DNA of 64,000 nucleotides from Candidatus Magasanikiibacteriota bacterium (GTDB lineage Bacteria; Patescibacteriota; Patescibacteriia; Magasanikbacterales; UBA922): NCBI GenBank assembly GCA_041675185.1, contig JBAYUH010000001.1, positions 10,869 to 74,868 of the forward strand, read 5' to 3'. Shown piece by piece: positions 56,539 to 64,000 of this stretch (position 1 is its first letter; each line of letters starts with the position of its first letter). The notes under the pieces were generated by a model. It saw only the letters and a program-made list of their open reading frames with translations, ran no database searches and was not told where the DNA came from. The position numbers and the translations under genes were made by a program.

Positions 56539-56787
56539 ATGCACTACGTTTACATTTTAAAAATGTCTAACGGAAAATTATACACAGGAAGATCAGATGA
56601 TTTAAAAAGACGTATCATTGAACATAATAGTGGAAAAGTAAAATCTACAAAAAATAATAGACCTTTAAAATTGATTTATTACGAAGCATTTATAGCAAAA
56701 GAAGATTCAATTAGAAGAGAAATGTATTTGAAAACAAGTACAGGAAAAAGAATGCTAAAATTACTTCTTAAAAAATCAAACAACTAA
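56539..56787 (+). CDS. Stand-alone GIY-YIG nuclease family protein (URI domain, about 82 aa)
   Basis: MHYVYILKMSNGKLYTGRSDDLKRRIIEHNSGK has GIY (VYIL) and YIG (LYTG) motifs and the conserved R/E/N residues. Confidence 0.75.
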   Translation: MHYVYILKMSNGKLYTGRSDDLKRRIIEHNSGKVKSTKNNRPLKLIYYEAFIAKEDSIRREMYLKTSTGKRMLKLLLKKSNN

Positions 56788-56791
56788 ATAT

Positions 56792-56873
56792 GCCCGAATG
56801 GCGGAATTGGTAGACGCGCACGACTCAAAATCGTGTTCCTTCGGGAGTGAGAGTTCGATTCTCTCTTCGGGCA
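56792..56873 (+). tRNA. tRNA-Leu (anticodon CAA), long variable arm, no encoded CCA
   Basis: Folded by hand. Acceptor GCCCGAA/TTCGGGC + A73, D-arm GCG-GAATTGGTAGA-CGC, anticodon stem CACGA/TCGTG with loop CTCAAAA, variable arm TTCCTTCGGGAGTG, T-arm GAGAG-TTCGATT-CTCTC. Confidence 0.85.
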
Positions 56874-56963
56874 CAAATAGATAAATAATAAATGTGAGAG
56901 TTCTTGCCATGAAGTGAGACGGAGTCTCTACTTCTGTGGCGATTCTCTCTTCGGGCACACAAT

Positions 56964-57052
56964 TTAGTCAAAAGTCTAAAAGTCCATAAAGCCAAAGGTC
57001 TCTAAACCAAATGACTTTATAAACTTTTAACTTTATAGACTTTTGACTTTAC
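56964..57052. repeat. AAAGTC-iteron palindromic element, copy 8 (degenerate)
   Basis: tagtcaaaagtc taaaagtc cataaagcc aaaggtc ... tgacttt ataaacttt taacttt atagacttt tgacttt. Confidence 0.6.
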
Positions 57053-57086
57053 TGTTCGCATTGAACAAAACAAACTTTTAACTTAA

Positions 57087-58058
57087 ATGTCCAAATACTA
57101 CGACATACTTATTACCCTAATACTTTTTATAACTGCTTACCCTGCAGTCATTTTTTTATACAGTATTTACAAACGACCAAACAGTTGGGAAGCAAAACAC
57201 AAAAAAATAACTCTAGCATTATCTATAATTCTTTTGTTTGGAACAGCTATAATTCTCTGGGGAAGTTTCGTAGAACCAAAAATAATTGTTATAAACAGAC
57301 AAGAAATAGATCTAGCCAAAATTGATAAACCAATAAAAATTGCTTTTATTTCAGATCTACACGTTGGTCCTTACAAAAAAGCAGACTGGGTAAAAAAAGT
57401 TGTCAAAAAAATTTTGGATTTGAAACCTGATATTGTACTTATTGGTGGAGACAATTTGTATAATAGTGACTACAATCCAGAAGAGCTAAATTACCTCACT
57501 CCTTTGGCAGAACTTGCCAAACAAATTCCTACTTATGATGTAAATGGCAATCATGAACATGGAATTGGTGATGGTAAAAGCTGGAACAAAAACCGTATTT
57601 ACAATGCAGATTGGAGTGTAGAAATACAAACTACCATGAAAAAATTAGGTATTCATTATTTAGTCAATGATTTGAATATAATCACTGTCAATAATCAAAG
57701 CTTTTATCTCTTTGGTGGAGATTGCGTACTAGCTAATAAACTTGATTTGAGTATCCTAGATACCAGAACAGAAGACTTAGCTACAATTGCTCTTATCCAC
57801 AATCCCCTATTTTTATTTATAGGAAATTATCCAAATATAGATTTGACATTGTCCGGACATACACATGGTGGACAAATACGACTACCTTTTTTTGGACCAA
57901 TCGGAAGAATTGATGATCTTATTCCAACAAATTTTTATGAGGGTTTACACAACTTATCAAATGGAAACAAAATATTTGTAACAAGTGGCGTTGGTGAAAG
58001 TGGACCAAGAGCGAGATTATTTGATCCACCGGAAATTGTGTTGATAACGGTTGACTAG
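57087..58058 (+). CDS. Membrane-anchored metallophosphoesterase (calcineurin-like phosphoesterase, YkuE-like)
   Basis: Two N-terminal TM helices. ISDLHVGP, GGDN, GNHEHG and SGHTHGGQ metal-binding motifs. Confidence 0.8.
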   Translation: MSKYYDILITLILFITAYPAVIFLYSIYKRPNSWEAKHKKITLALSIILLFGTAIILWGSFVEPKIIVINRQEIDLAKIDKPIKIAFISDLHVGPYKKADWVKKVVKKILDLKPDIVLIGGDNLYNSDYNPEELNYLTPLAELAKQIPTYDVNGNHEHGIGDGKSWNKNRIYNADWSVEIQTTMKKLGIHYLVNDLNIITVNNQSFYLFGGDCVLANKLDLSILDTRTEDLATIALIHNPLFLFIGNYPNIDLTLSGHTHGGQIRLPFFGPIGRIDDLIPTNFYEGLHNLSNGNKIFVTSGVGESGPRARLFDPPEIVLITVD

Positions 58059-58184
58059 ATTATTAAGTTTTAATAATCTGCAAAGATTTTAATTCAAAAA
58101 TTTTAAATTTTAAAACAATTTTTTAATGATTTAATTTTAAATTGTTTAAAATAGGTGTTTTTCAAAATTTTTAAATTATAAAAT

Positions 58185-58220
58185 TGTTTCAAAATTTAAA
58201 ATTACTAAATTCAAAATTAA
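58185..58220 (+). repeat. Copy F of the conserved AT-rich intergenic motif (TTGTTTCAAAATTTAAAATTACTAAATTCAAAATTAAAAACC)
   Basis: See copy A. It is preceded by the AATGATTTAATTTTAAATTG variant of the second shared motif. Confidence 0.6.
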
Positions 58221-58252
58221 AAACCTTGTTTAACTAATTAAACAAGGTTTTT
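58221..58252. terminator. Bidirectional Rho-independent terminator (AAACCTTGTTTAA-ctaa-TTAAACAAGGTTT + T-run) between convergent genes
   Basis: Perfect 13-bp inverted repeat. Confidence 0.7.
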
Positions 58253-58274
58253 GTTAAATACATTTTTAACTAAA

Positions 58275-58805
58275 TCAAAAAATGCCTCTAATCGTTCCTC
58301 CAGCAAAAAGAGTAATCAAAGTTACAATAGTCGCTGACACACAAACTCCAGCCAAAATAAGAGGCCAAGATTTCTTAAATGGAATATTGAAAATAAAAGC
58401 AACAAGAGCTCCTGACCAACTACCAGTAAGAGGTAAAGGAATGCTGATAAAAATTACCAAACCCAAAGCACCATACTTAGCATATTTACCAGAAAAAGCT
58501 TTTTCAGCTTGTTTTAATCTTGTAGTAAACATTTTACCAAACACTTTTGATTTTATTAGAAAATCATGCAATTGTGGCATCACCCAAAGCAAGAATAAAG
58601 CTGGCAAAAAACATCCTACTACTGAAATAAGCCACACCTTCCAAATAGCCAAATGATAAACTTCAATACCAATCGGAATAGAAGCGCGCAATTCAGTGAC
58701 AGGTATCATCGACAAAAAAAACACTGCCCAATGTGGGTCAAAATTAGCAAACAATTGAACAATAGAAGAAACCATAATTATTTTTTTACCAAGTATAATT
58801 TGCAA
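58275..58805 (-). CDS. Small integral membrane protein (4 TM; hypothetical)
   Basis: 176-aa hydrophobic ORF. The real start is possibly the internal MVSSIVQLF. Confidence 0.45.
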   Translation of the reverse strand: MQIILGKKIIMVSSIVQLFANFDPHWAVFFLSMIPVTELRASIPIGIEVYHLAIWKVWLISVVGCFLPALFLLWVMPQLHDFLIKSKVFGKMFTTRLKQAEKAFSGKYAKYGALGLVIFISIPLPLTGSWSGALVAFIFNIPFKKSWPLILAGVCVSATIVTLITLFAGGTIRGIF

Positions 58806-59817
58806 AAACCCATTCTGCTACTTTTTTGGCTTCAGTAAAACGAAACTCATGTTCTGTAGCACCAAGTATAACTATATCAATCACATGACCTTCGTCGTTT
58901 TTGATAGCTACTGTAAAATTATACAACGAATCGTCAATAAAACCAGTTTTTCCACCGATTATAGATAATGAATTTGGTATCCAACCAAGCAACAACCAAT
59001 CAGTATTCCACATATGAATTTCTTTTTTCCTTTCTTTTGAATACAAAGTTACTTCTCGCAAATTCAATGTGTCTTTTATTTTGTCATATGTCAAAGCTTC
59101 ATCTAACAAAATAACTACATCAGATGCTGTAGAAATATTATTAGCATCAAGTCCGGTTGATTCTACAAAATTAGTATCAGACATTCCCAGCTCTTTGGCT
59201 TTTTCATTCATACGAGCCACAAAATTTTCTCGTGATAAACCACTAGCATCTACCAAAGTCAAAATAGCTTTGTTGGAAGAAGCTACCAAAGTTGCTTTCC
59301 ATAATTCATCCAAAGTGAAAGTATCACCAGCATAAATATTTGTGCCACTAACTTTGTCTACAGAAACAGTGGTAGTAGATGTCCAATCCAAATTTCTTTC
59401 CAACAAAACTAAAACACTCATCAATTTAGTGATACTTGCCAAAGCATGTTTGTCATAACTATTTTTACCAAACAACATTATAGAACTATCTTTGTCTTTT
59501 ACCAAAATATTACTAGCTGTAAATTCATCTGGGCTCAAAGGAGTTGAAGATGCAATCAATTTTGGTGTAATAATTTTGTTTTTAGAAAAATCAATATCAC
59601 CACCATCTTCCAACACTAAGCCGTTTCCTTCTTTTGTAACATTGACTTGTGTGTTATCAGACAAAAAAATATTCAAATACATTTTTCTTTCATTATCAAA
59701 TTTGTTGTAAAAAAATTCAGTAGAAAAAACTAACAACAACAAAAATATTGTGAGCAAATTACGCCACAAATTTGGAAAATTGTCTGAAAATTTTGTTTTT
59801 TCGGTAAAATTAATCAT
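58786..59817 (-). CDS. D-alanyl-D-alanine carboxypeptidase (serine peptidase S11, low-MW PBP)
   Basis: N-terminal TM. SxxK (LASITKLMS), SSN (VASSNKA) and KTG (GGKTGFIDDS) motifs. Confidence 0.8.
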   Translation of the reverse strand: MINFTEKTKFSDNFPNLWRNLLTIFLLLLVFSTEFFYNKFDNERKMYLNIFLSDNTQVNVTKEGNGLVLEDGGDIDFSKNKIITPKLIASSTPLSPDEFTASNILVKDKDSSIMLFGKNSYDKHALASITKLMSVLVLLERNLDWTSTTTVSVDKVSGTNIYAGDTFTLDELWKATLVASSNKAILTLVDASGLSRENFVARMNEKAKELGMSDTNFVESTGLDANNISTASDVVILLDEALTYDKIKDTLNLREVTLYSKERKKEIHMWNTDWLLLGWIPNSLSIIGGKTGFIDDSLYNFTVAIKNDEGHVIDIVILGATEHEFRFTEAKKVAEWVFANYTW

Positions 59818-60352
59818 CTAAGTCTGTTTCTTTATTATTGGCTAATAAATTATTATTGTGCAAAGATTCATAATCAGGTAAATCTACAATACTACCAAGT
59901 CCCAAGAAACGCAAGGCATCGATAGATAATTCATAAACTGGCAAAATATGTTCCTCATCTTCAAACTCGTTTACCAAACCACGAATCATCAAATTTCGCA
60001 AAATCACTGCGCAATTCACTCCACGAATATTTTCTATTTCAGCTCTAGTAATCGGTCCACGATAAGCTACTACTGTCAAAGTTTCCAATTGGGCTTTGGT
60101 CAAATCTTCTTTGAATTCAGTCTTAGTAAATTTTTCTACAAATTCAGTATTTTCAGGATTACTGACCAACTGAACATTGTCTCCTATTCTAATCAAATGA
60201 ATACCAGAAATAGCAGTATATTTATTTTCTAGAGAATTTAGAGCTTCTTCTACTTTTGTTTTTTCAACATCCAAAGATTTGGCAATTTTAACAACAACCA
60301 ATGGTTTGGATGCTACAAAGAGTATTGATTCGATTACTGATACTATATCCAT
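59810..60352 (-). CDS. scpB: Segregation and condensation protein B
   Basis: SVIESILFVASKPL...LTKAQLETLTVVAYRGPITRAEIENIRGV winged-helix ScpB motifs. Confidence 0.85.
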   Translation of the reverse strand: MDIVSVIESILFVASKPLVVVKIAKSLDVEKTKVEEALNSLENKYTAISGIHLIRIGDNVQLVSNPENTEFVEKFTKTEFKEDLTKAQLETLTVVAYRGPITRAEIENIRGVNCAVILRNLMIRGLVNEFEDEEHILPVYELSIDALRFLGLGSIVDLPDYESLHNNNLLANNKETDLDD

Positions 60353-60398
60353 ATATGTATAATTTTAGATTTCTTCTTTAATTCAAAATCTACAAGTA

Positions 60399-60470
60399 CA
60401 TAGTAAATAGACAATAGTAAATAGTAATCCTACTAAGATGTAATCTATTTACTATTTACTATTTACTAAA
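60399..60470. promoter_or_regulatory. Inverted arrays of a 7-bp unit (TAGTAAA x4 then TTTACTA x3-4) in the scpA-scpB intergenic gap
   Basis: tagtaaa tagacaa tagtaaa tagtaat cc tactaagatgtaat ctatttactatttactatttact. Confidence 0.5.
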
Positions 60471-60522
60471 ATATTTTAATTTTGTTTATTTTGTTTATAA
60501 AACAGTTTCTATAAAACTACAC

Positions 60523-61224
60523 TCAAACTCTTGACAATTCAATATCCCCAAACGACTCATCTTGTTTCAAGATCACACTATTTTGTTTGATAAGCTCAAG
60601 TATAGCTAAAAAGGAAACAATCACTTCTGTACGAGAACTAACATCAGAGAGAATATCACGAAAATTCACATGTTTATATTTCTTGAGCATTGCTCGCATT
60701 TTGTCTATCTTTTCTTTGATAGTAATAGTCTTATCTATATAGGTATTTGGCAAAGCTTTGACAGGTTCCAATCTCTTGAGCAATTGTACCATAGATTGTG
60801 ATAACAATTCTAGTGTGAAATTGTGAGGTTGAGTGATCTCAGTGGCACGCACTATTTCTTCTATATGTCCATAAGAAATTCGACTTTTATCCAACCAGAT
60901 ATTGTGCAAATTTTTACTAGCATCCACAAAACGACGATACAGACGCAATTGCTCATCAAGATCCACTCCACTTTCTTCATCAGTATTTAGCTGAGGCAAC
61001 AATGTACGAGATTTCATTAGTAATAGTCTAGCAGCAATCACAAGAAAATCAGACAACTCTTCTGCTTCAATTTCTTCCAAAGTGTCTAAATAATTCAAAA
61101 ATGGTTCAGTCACGGCCGAAATAGACAACTTACTTATTTCCATTTTCTTTTCATCAATCAGAGACAAGAGTAAATCTAGTGGCCCAGAAAATTCTTTGGA
61201 TTGTATTTGTAAATTATTTTTCAT
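60523..61224 (-). CDS. scpA: Segregation and condensation protein A (kleisin)
   Basis: GPLDLLLSLIDEKKMEISKLSISAVTEPFLNYL. Confidence 0.85.
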   Translation of the reverse strand: MKNNLQIQSKEFSGPLDLLLSLIDEKKMEISKLSISAVTEPFLNYLDTLEEIEAEELSDFLVIAARLLLMKSRTLLPQLNTDEESGVDLDEQLRLYRRFVDASKNLHNIWLDKSRISYGHIEEIVRATEITQPHNFTLELLSQSMVQLLKRLEPVKALPNTYIDKTITIKEKIDKMRAMLKKYKHVNFRDILSDVSSRTEVIVSFLAILELIKQNSVILKQDESFGDIELSRV

Positions 61225-61951
61225 AAACTCCAGATTTTAAATTTTTTTTTATCTTGAACAAATCAGCTAAGATATAGAAACTGTGTTTATACAAAGAAAC
61301 ACCACCTTTTTTCTTTAGTAAATTTTTATCAATAGAAACTGTTAATTCACAAATAGAATACTTAGAAATATTGGCTATAATAAAAAGCTCAATATCAAAC
61401 ACCCAACGAAAAGTCGTAACTCTTGAAAAAATAGCTTGAAAAATTTCAGTCCTAAAAAATTTGAAACCACATTGTGTATCCTGAAAATTTGAAATTTCCT
61501 TTGGCACAAAAAGTCTGAACACCTTCTTCATTATAGATCTATAGAAACTATACTGTTTTTCTTCATTTTCTTTTCTACTGCCTACTACAATATCATATTT
61601 TGACAAACTTGTCTGCACTTCTGTTAATTTGAATAAACCATAAGGTAATTCCACATCAGTAAAACCCACAAAATTGTTTTCTTCATTCAAAAACTTACTA
61701 GCATATTTTATCGCATAACCTTTTCCCTTATTGATTTCATAACCACAAACAGTGATTGGCAAAGTTTCATTTTGAATTTTGAAATTTTGTAATAATTCTT
61801 GTGTTTTATCTGTACTACCGTCATTGACAAATATTATTTGACCCAAGACATCGAAATTTTTTACAAAATCAACAACTTTTGTAAAAGTGTTTTGTAATAC
61901 TTCAGCACCATTGTAAACAGGAATTATTAAAGCAATTTTATCCATAGTCAA
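61214..61951 (-). CDS. GT2 polyprenyl-phosphate sugar synthase-like glycosyltransferase (DPM1/GtrB-like)
   Basis: IALIIPVYNGAEVL...IIFVNDGSTDKT...DVELPYG. 245 aa, DPM1-like in size and motifs. Confidence 0.7.
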   Translation of the reverse strand: MTMDKIALIIPVYNGAEVLQNTFTKVVDFVKNFDVLGQIIFVNDGSTDKTQELLQNFKIQNETLPITVCGYEINKGKGYAIKYASKFLNEENNFVGFTDVELPYGLFKLTEVQTSLSKYDIVVGSRKENEEKQYSFYRSIMKKVFRLFVPKEISNFQDTQCGFKFFRTEIFQAIFSRVTTFRWVFDIELFIIANISKYSICELTVSIDKNLLKKKGGVSLYKHSFYILADLFKIKKNLKSGVYEK

Positions 61952-61971
61952 AATTAACGAAAAATAAAAAT

Positions 61972-63402
61972 CTATTCTGTGGTCAACAAATACTTTTCAG
62001 TTTTATCATCCCATCCCAAAAAAACTTCACCGGATTTTAATTTGTAATTTTCATTTTTATCCAAAAAAATAATTTTTTCTTCTGAAATATGTGAAATCAC
62101 ATCAAAAACTCCAATCATATGAGCATAATTATTATTGAATGGTCTGTACCACTGTACAATAACTTTATTTGGTTGTATTTCACGAAGTGTAATAGAAATT
62201 TGATATAAAGCACGACCAGTCTGATATACATATTTATATTCTTTTTTAACAGTTTCAAACATTATTATATTTTGAAAAAAAGAAGTAACTATCAAAAACA
62301 CAAACAAAATATAAGCAAATTTCTTTTTTTTCACATCTTTGTACAATTCAGCAATAATAGTACAAACAAAGATAATCATACCGATACGTACAGTATACAT
62401 ATACCTAGAAGGTAATAATTCCCACCAGACTGCTGTTTTGAAAAATATAACAGGCAAAATTGTCATCACTGACCAAAATAATCCAATATACATTATTTTA
62501 TTATTTCTAAATTTATAAATACTATAAGCAAAAACAAAAAAAGCAATTAGCAAACAAACAACTGCATTCTGTGCAGAAATTATATTTTTCAACGGAACAA
62601 ATGTATCAAGTAAAATGATTGGCAATCTAATAAGATTACCAGCACTAAACTTCCAAACATCTTGTGTAACCCAAACACTGCCTCTCTGCCACAAATATTG
62701 TTGTACAACATAGACGATTGAGATAGTAGCTGTAGCTAACCAATACAAAATATTTTTCAAATAAAAAAAACTTTTTTTCTCCTTTAGCAAATAAGGTATT
62801 GCAATGAAAAAGAGTATGGCCGGCAAAACAACTGACACCTCTTTTGTGGCCAAAGCCAAAACCAAAGTCACAAAAGAAAGTAGAAACCACCACACAGCTC
62901 TGGATGTTTTTTTGTAGGCTGACAAAAGTGCAAAAGTAGAAATTATCATAAACAAAGCTGCAATACTATGCATATTGGCCCCAATCCAAATCAGCGGTTC
63001 ATAAGCACCACCTACTAGTGCACAAAGGACTACTGCCATAAAACCAACAAGCGAAGACTTAGTTATTTTGGAAACCAACAAACCTACAAAAAAAGCCGTA
63101 AGAACACTAATCAAAATACCAAACAAAAAATACCAGCCAGCTTTGAAACCAAATACCACACTCATAACAGCATAAAAAACATTTAGTACTGGAGAATAAA
63201 AAGTAGACATATGAGCTGTAAGAGCCGAAAGCTCACCATTGGCAATTCTTGTCCCATGCCACATCCAAGTAAAATCATCAGAAAAGAAAAAACCATATTT
63301 CATTGTCCAACCAAACAAAACAAATGAAATTACTAAAGATACCAAAGAATAAGAAAGCTTCGTTTGTTCCTTGATAAATTTATAAAATGATAAAATCTTC
63401 AT
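61972..63402 (-). CDS. GT-C fold membrane glycosyltransferase (PMT/ArnT-like, polyprenyl-phosphate-sugar dependent)
   Basis: 476 aa with about 11 TM helices. The first extracytoplasmic loop carries FFSDDFTWMW (the DD/DE catalytic motif of GT-C enzymes). C-terminal soluble domain. It sits immediately next to a DPM1-like GT2. Confidence 0.55.
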   Translation of the reverse strand: MKILSFYKFIKEQTKLSYSLVSLVISFVLFGWTMKYGFFFSDDFTWMWHGTRIANGELSALTAHMSTFYSPVLNVFYAVMSVVFGFKAGWYFLFGILISVLTAFFVGLLVSKITKSSLVGFMAVVLCALVGGAYEPLIWIGANMHSIAALFMIISTFALLSAYKKTSRAVWWFLLSFVTLVLALATKEVSVVLPAILFFIAIPYLLKEKKSFFYLKNILYWLATATISIVYVVQQYLWQRGSVWVTQDVWKFSAGNLIRLPIILLDTFVPLKNIISAQNAVVCLLIAFFVFAYSIYKFRNNKIMYIGLFWSVMTILPVIFFKTAVWWELLPSRYMYTVRIGMIIFVCTIIAELYKDVKKKKFAYILFVFLIVTSFFQNIIMFETVKKEYKYVYQTGRALYQISITLREIQPNKVIVQWYRPFNNNYAHMIGVFDVISHISEEKIIFLDKNENYKLKSGEVFLGWDDKTEKYLLTTE

Positions 63403-63426
63403 AATTAATTTCTAATACGAACCAAA

Positions 63427-64000
63427 TCAATTTTTTAGATCAAAAACCACAAACTCACTATTTTCAAAAACTTTGCTAAAATATTTTTCATCTGTAAAGA
63501 CACTTTTGTAAAAATCAATTGTCTCATCCTTTGCACCATGTGGAAAATCATCTATATGTAAATAAATTCTGTATTTATCTGAATCTTTTTCTTGTCTAAA
63601 AAAAACAAAACGATCAATAGGTCCAAAATTAATTTCTCTAGCCTCTTTATAGAATTTAGCAGAATCACTTTCTCGTGCCAAAGATTCCAAAAGATATTTC
63701 TTTTCTACAAAACGAGTTGCCGGATGATTGTTGTGTTGATTGAAATAAACATAGACATTCAAAGGAACAAAAGCATGTATCTCCCCCACACCAGGCTCAA
63801 CTATTTTTGAACCAGGAAATACTTTGTTGTCTTCTTGTAAAAATTTTATTAGTTGAACTACAGGTGTACGTAATGACCGAGATTCAATTCTTCGTGCTTG
63901 TACTACAGGATCATCAACAAAATTACCAAATATCATATTCACTGACAAAAATATCAAACCAACAGTTCCTGCGACAATACACCAATCAATGTTTTTATAT
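63427..64000 (-). CDS. Hypothetical protein with N-terminal TM anchor (5' end runs off the window; the ORF is open to position 64000)
   Basis: Translation continues upstream of the ORF-track Met as ...IKNIDWCIVAGTVGLIFLSVNMIFGNF with no stop before the window edge. Confidence 0.4.
   Translation of the reverse strand, partial: YKNIDWCIVAGTVGLIFLSVNMIFGNFVDDPVVQARRIESRSLRTPVVQLIKFLQEDNKVFPGSKIVEPGVGEIHAFVPLNVYVYFNQHNNHPATRFVEKKYLLESLARESDSAKFYKEAREINFGPIDRFVFFRQEKDSDKYRIYLHIDDFPHGAKDETIDFYKSVFTDEKYFSKVFENSEFVVFDLKN

Noticed and set aside
57787-57795. DnaA-box-like TTATCCACA
   Set aside because: Single occurrence inside the metallophosphoesterase coding sequence, not a cluster, so it is treated as chance.
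1-64000. Alternative genetic code (UGA recoding as in some CPR lineages)
   Set aside because: All long ORFs are uninterrupted under the standard code and end at TAA/TAG/TGA without obvious read-through need. There is no evidence for code 25.

Overview
This is a 64-kb, AT-rich (roughly 30% GC) bacterial chromosomal segment with very tight gene packing and standard-code ORFs. Its gene content (a four-helix-bundle '23S-IVS' protein, an LCP ligase, D-Ala-D-Ala carboxypeptidase, minimal housekeeping genes) fits a small-genome Gram-positive-type or CPR/Patescibacteria-like organism. That assignment is inference from gene content only.

The left 41 kb is almost entirely minus-strand. It holds the 5' part of pyk, a 1265-aa secreted multidomain protein, and then a ~30-kb surface-glycan locus (8.6-34.8 kb). 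The locus carries galE, ugd, gmd and fcl; a PseB/PseC/PseI/PseF nonulosonic-acid module with a HisH/HisF-like glutaminase/cyclase plus PP-loop amidotransferase trio, a formyltransferase-like gene and a DUF218 gene; a LicC-like nucleotidyltransferase fused to a CobD-like PLP enzyme, a SAM methyltransferase and a LicD-family phosphotransferase; six or more glycosyltransferases including an unmistakable GT11 alpha-1,2-fucosyltransferase next to a GT6 ABO-type transferase; a Wzm/Wzt ABC exporter; and a Wzy_C/O-antigen-ligase-domain membrane protein with C-terminal TPRs. The locus abuts a highly expressed 1284-aa Thr/Ser/Ala/Val-rich S-layer-like gene that has its own promoter and terminator, plus an ECF sigma / anti-sigma pair.

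The right 23 kb is housekeeping (LCP, der, pth, dprA, topA, rel, parAB, tRNA-Leu(CAA), dacA-like, scpAB) plus a GT2 + GT-C glycosylation pair.

The most unusual non-coding signal is a dispersed family of about 8 palindromic arrays built from 9-10-bp-phased TAAAGTC / GACTTTA units. They sit in nearly every intergenic gap of the wzt-wzm-HTH-fcl-gmd stretch and next to two excisionase-type HTH genes. Other non-coding signals: GC-rich perfect palindromes between gmd and fcl, a conserved ~35-bp AT-rich intergenic motif, a (CTGTCGA)x4 heptamer repeat inside a GT4 gene, and a tRNA-Leu locus with duplicated tRNA termini and hairpins flanking a GIY-YIG nuclease gene.
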